Translations under genes and position numbers: made by a program
Notes under the pieces: generated by a model
What the model was told of the DNA's origin: nothing
Databases searched by the model: none
What the model saw: the letters and a program-made list of their open reading frames with translations, nothing else
Assembly (NCBI RefSeq): GCF_006345805.1
Contig: NC_042997.1
Span: 10,912,001 to 10,976,000, forward strand
DNA: 64,000 nucleotides
Source of the DNA: Octopus sinensis
Taxonomy: Eukaryota
Direction: 5' to 3'
Shown: positions 63,363 through 64,000 of the stretch, piece by piece
How the letters are laid out: the number at the start of each line of letters is the position of its first letter
Position numbering within the stretch: position 1 is the first letter of the stretch

Positions 63363-64000
63363 GCCAATATTTACATTCTTTGACAATAATTAGATACATG
63401 TATATACATGCACACAAACACACACAATAAGCTTCTACACATTTTTAGTCTATCAAATACCATTTACAAGATATTGGTCAACTCAAGTCTATGATAGAAA
63501 AACATTTGCTCAATGTGATACTTAGTGGGATTGAACCCAGAACCATGTGGTTGTAAAGCAAATTTCATAACCACATAGCCATGTCTGCACCATTTCTAAG
63601 AAACCTCTTTAATTCATTCAGCTCAATAAAAAAAAACTCTTGAGTATCAAGCTAACAAGGGAGTCTGGGAGCAGTAGCTTCACTTTTTACAAATAGCAGC
63701 CAAATCTCACTCAAATCAAACCTACTCTATCATCTTAGAAGAGGACACGTTAGTAAATGTAGTAATGGGTACACTATGCGTAGAAAAAAAAACAGGATTG
63801 TTATGACTGGAATACCTTTCACCATAGGTCTGTTTTATCAGAGCTAAACAACAGCAACTTCTATATGTCAAAACATATTATATATCTTCATTTACTTTAG
63901 ACCTTCAAACCTAATTTTAAAAAAAAAATCATTACTGTTCTTAATTCATGTTCTGAATTAAAGTTTAGCTAATAAATTTTGACTCATTAACTATTTAGTG

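Overview
AT-rich eukaryotic genomic DNA with spliced genes. The SINE/RTE repeat families and microsatellite load look like an octopod cephalopod; this is an inference from repeat content. Four genes can be reconstructed from GT-AG sites with consistent phases. (1) The last 7 coding exons of PRMT7 (+, 453-9657). (2) A complete 7-exon TIM17 gene (+, 15137-29700, 166 aa). (3) A two-exon 133-aa protein that is essentially one death-fold domain (+, 43808-54008). (4) The last two coding exons of an unidentified gene (-, 62533-60917). The rest is a dense mosaic of RTE, CR1 and Penelope-like retroelement fragments, tRNA- and Nin-type SINEs, non-autonomous Helitrons, and Merlin-, piggyBac-, Mutator- and Tc1/mariner-type elements. 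The most notable items are a 396-bp TSD-flanked palindromic element joining a tRNA-like head to two inverted hammerhead ribozyme motifs, three more hammerhead motifs, a Penelope-like fragment that appears to supply a TIM17 splice acceptor, and the death-domain-only gene. Most ORFs in the supplied track are spurious repeat read-throughs.
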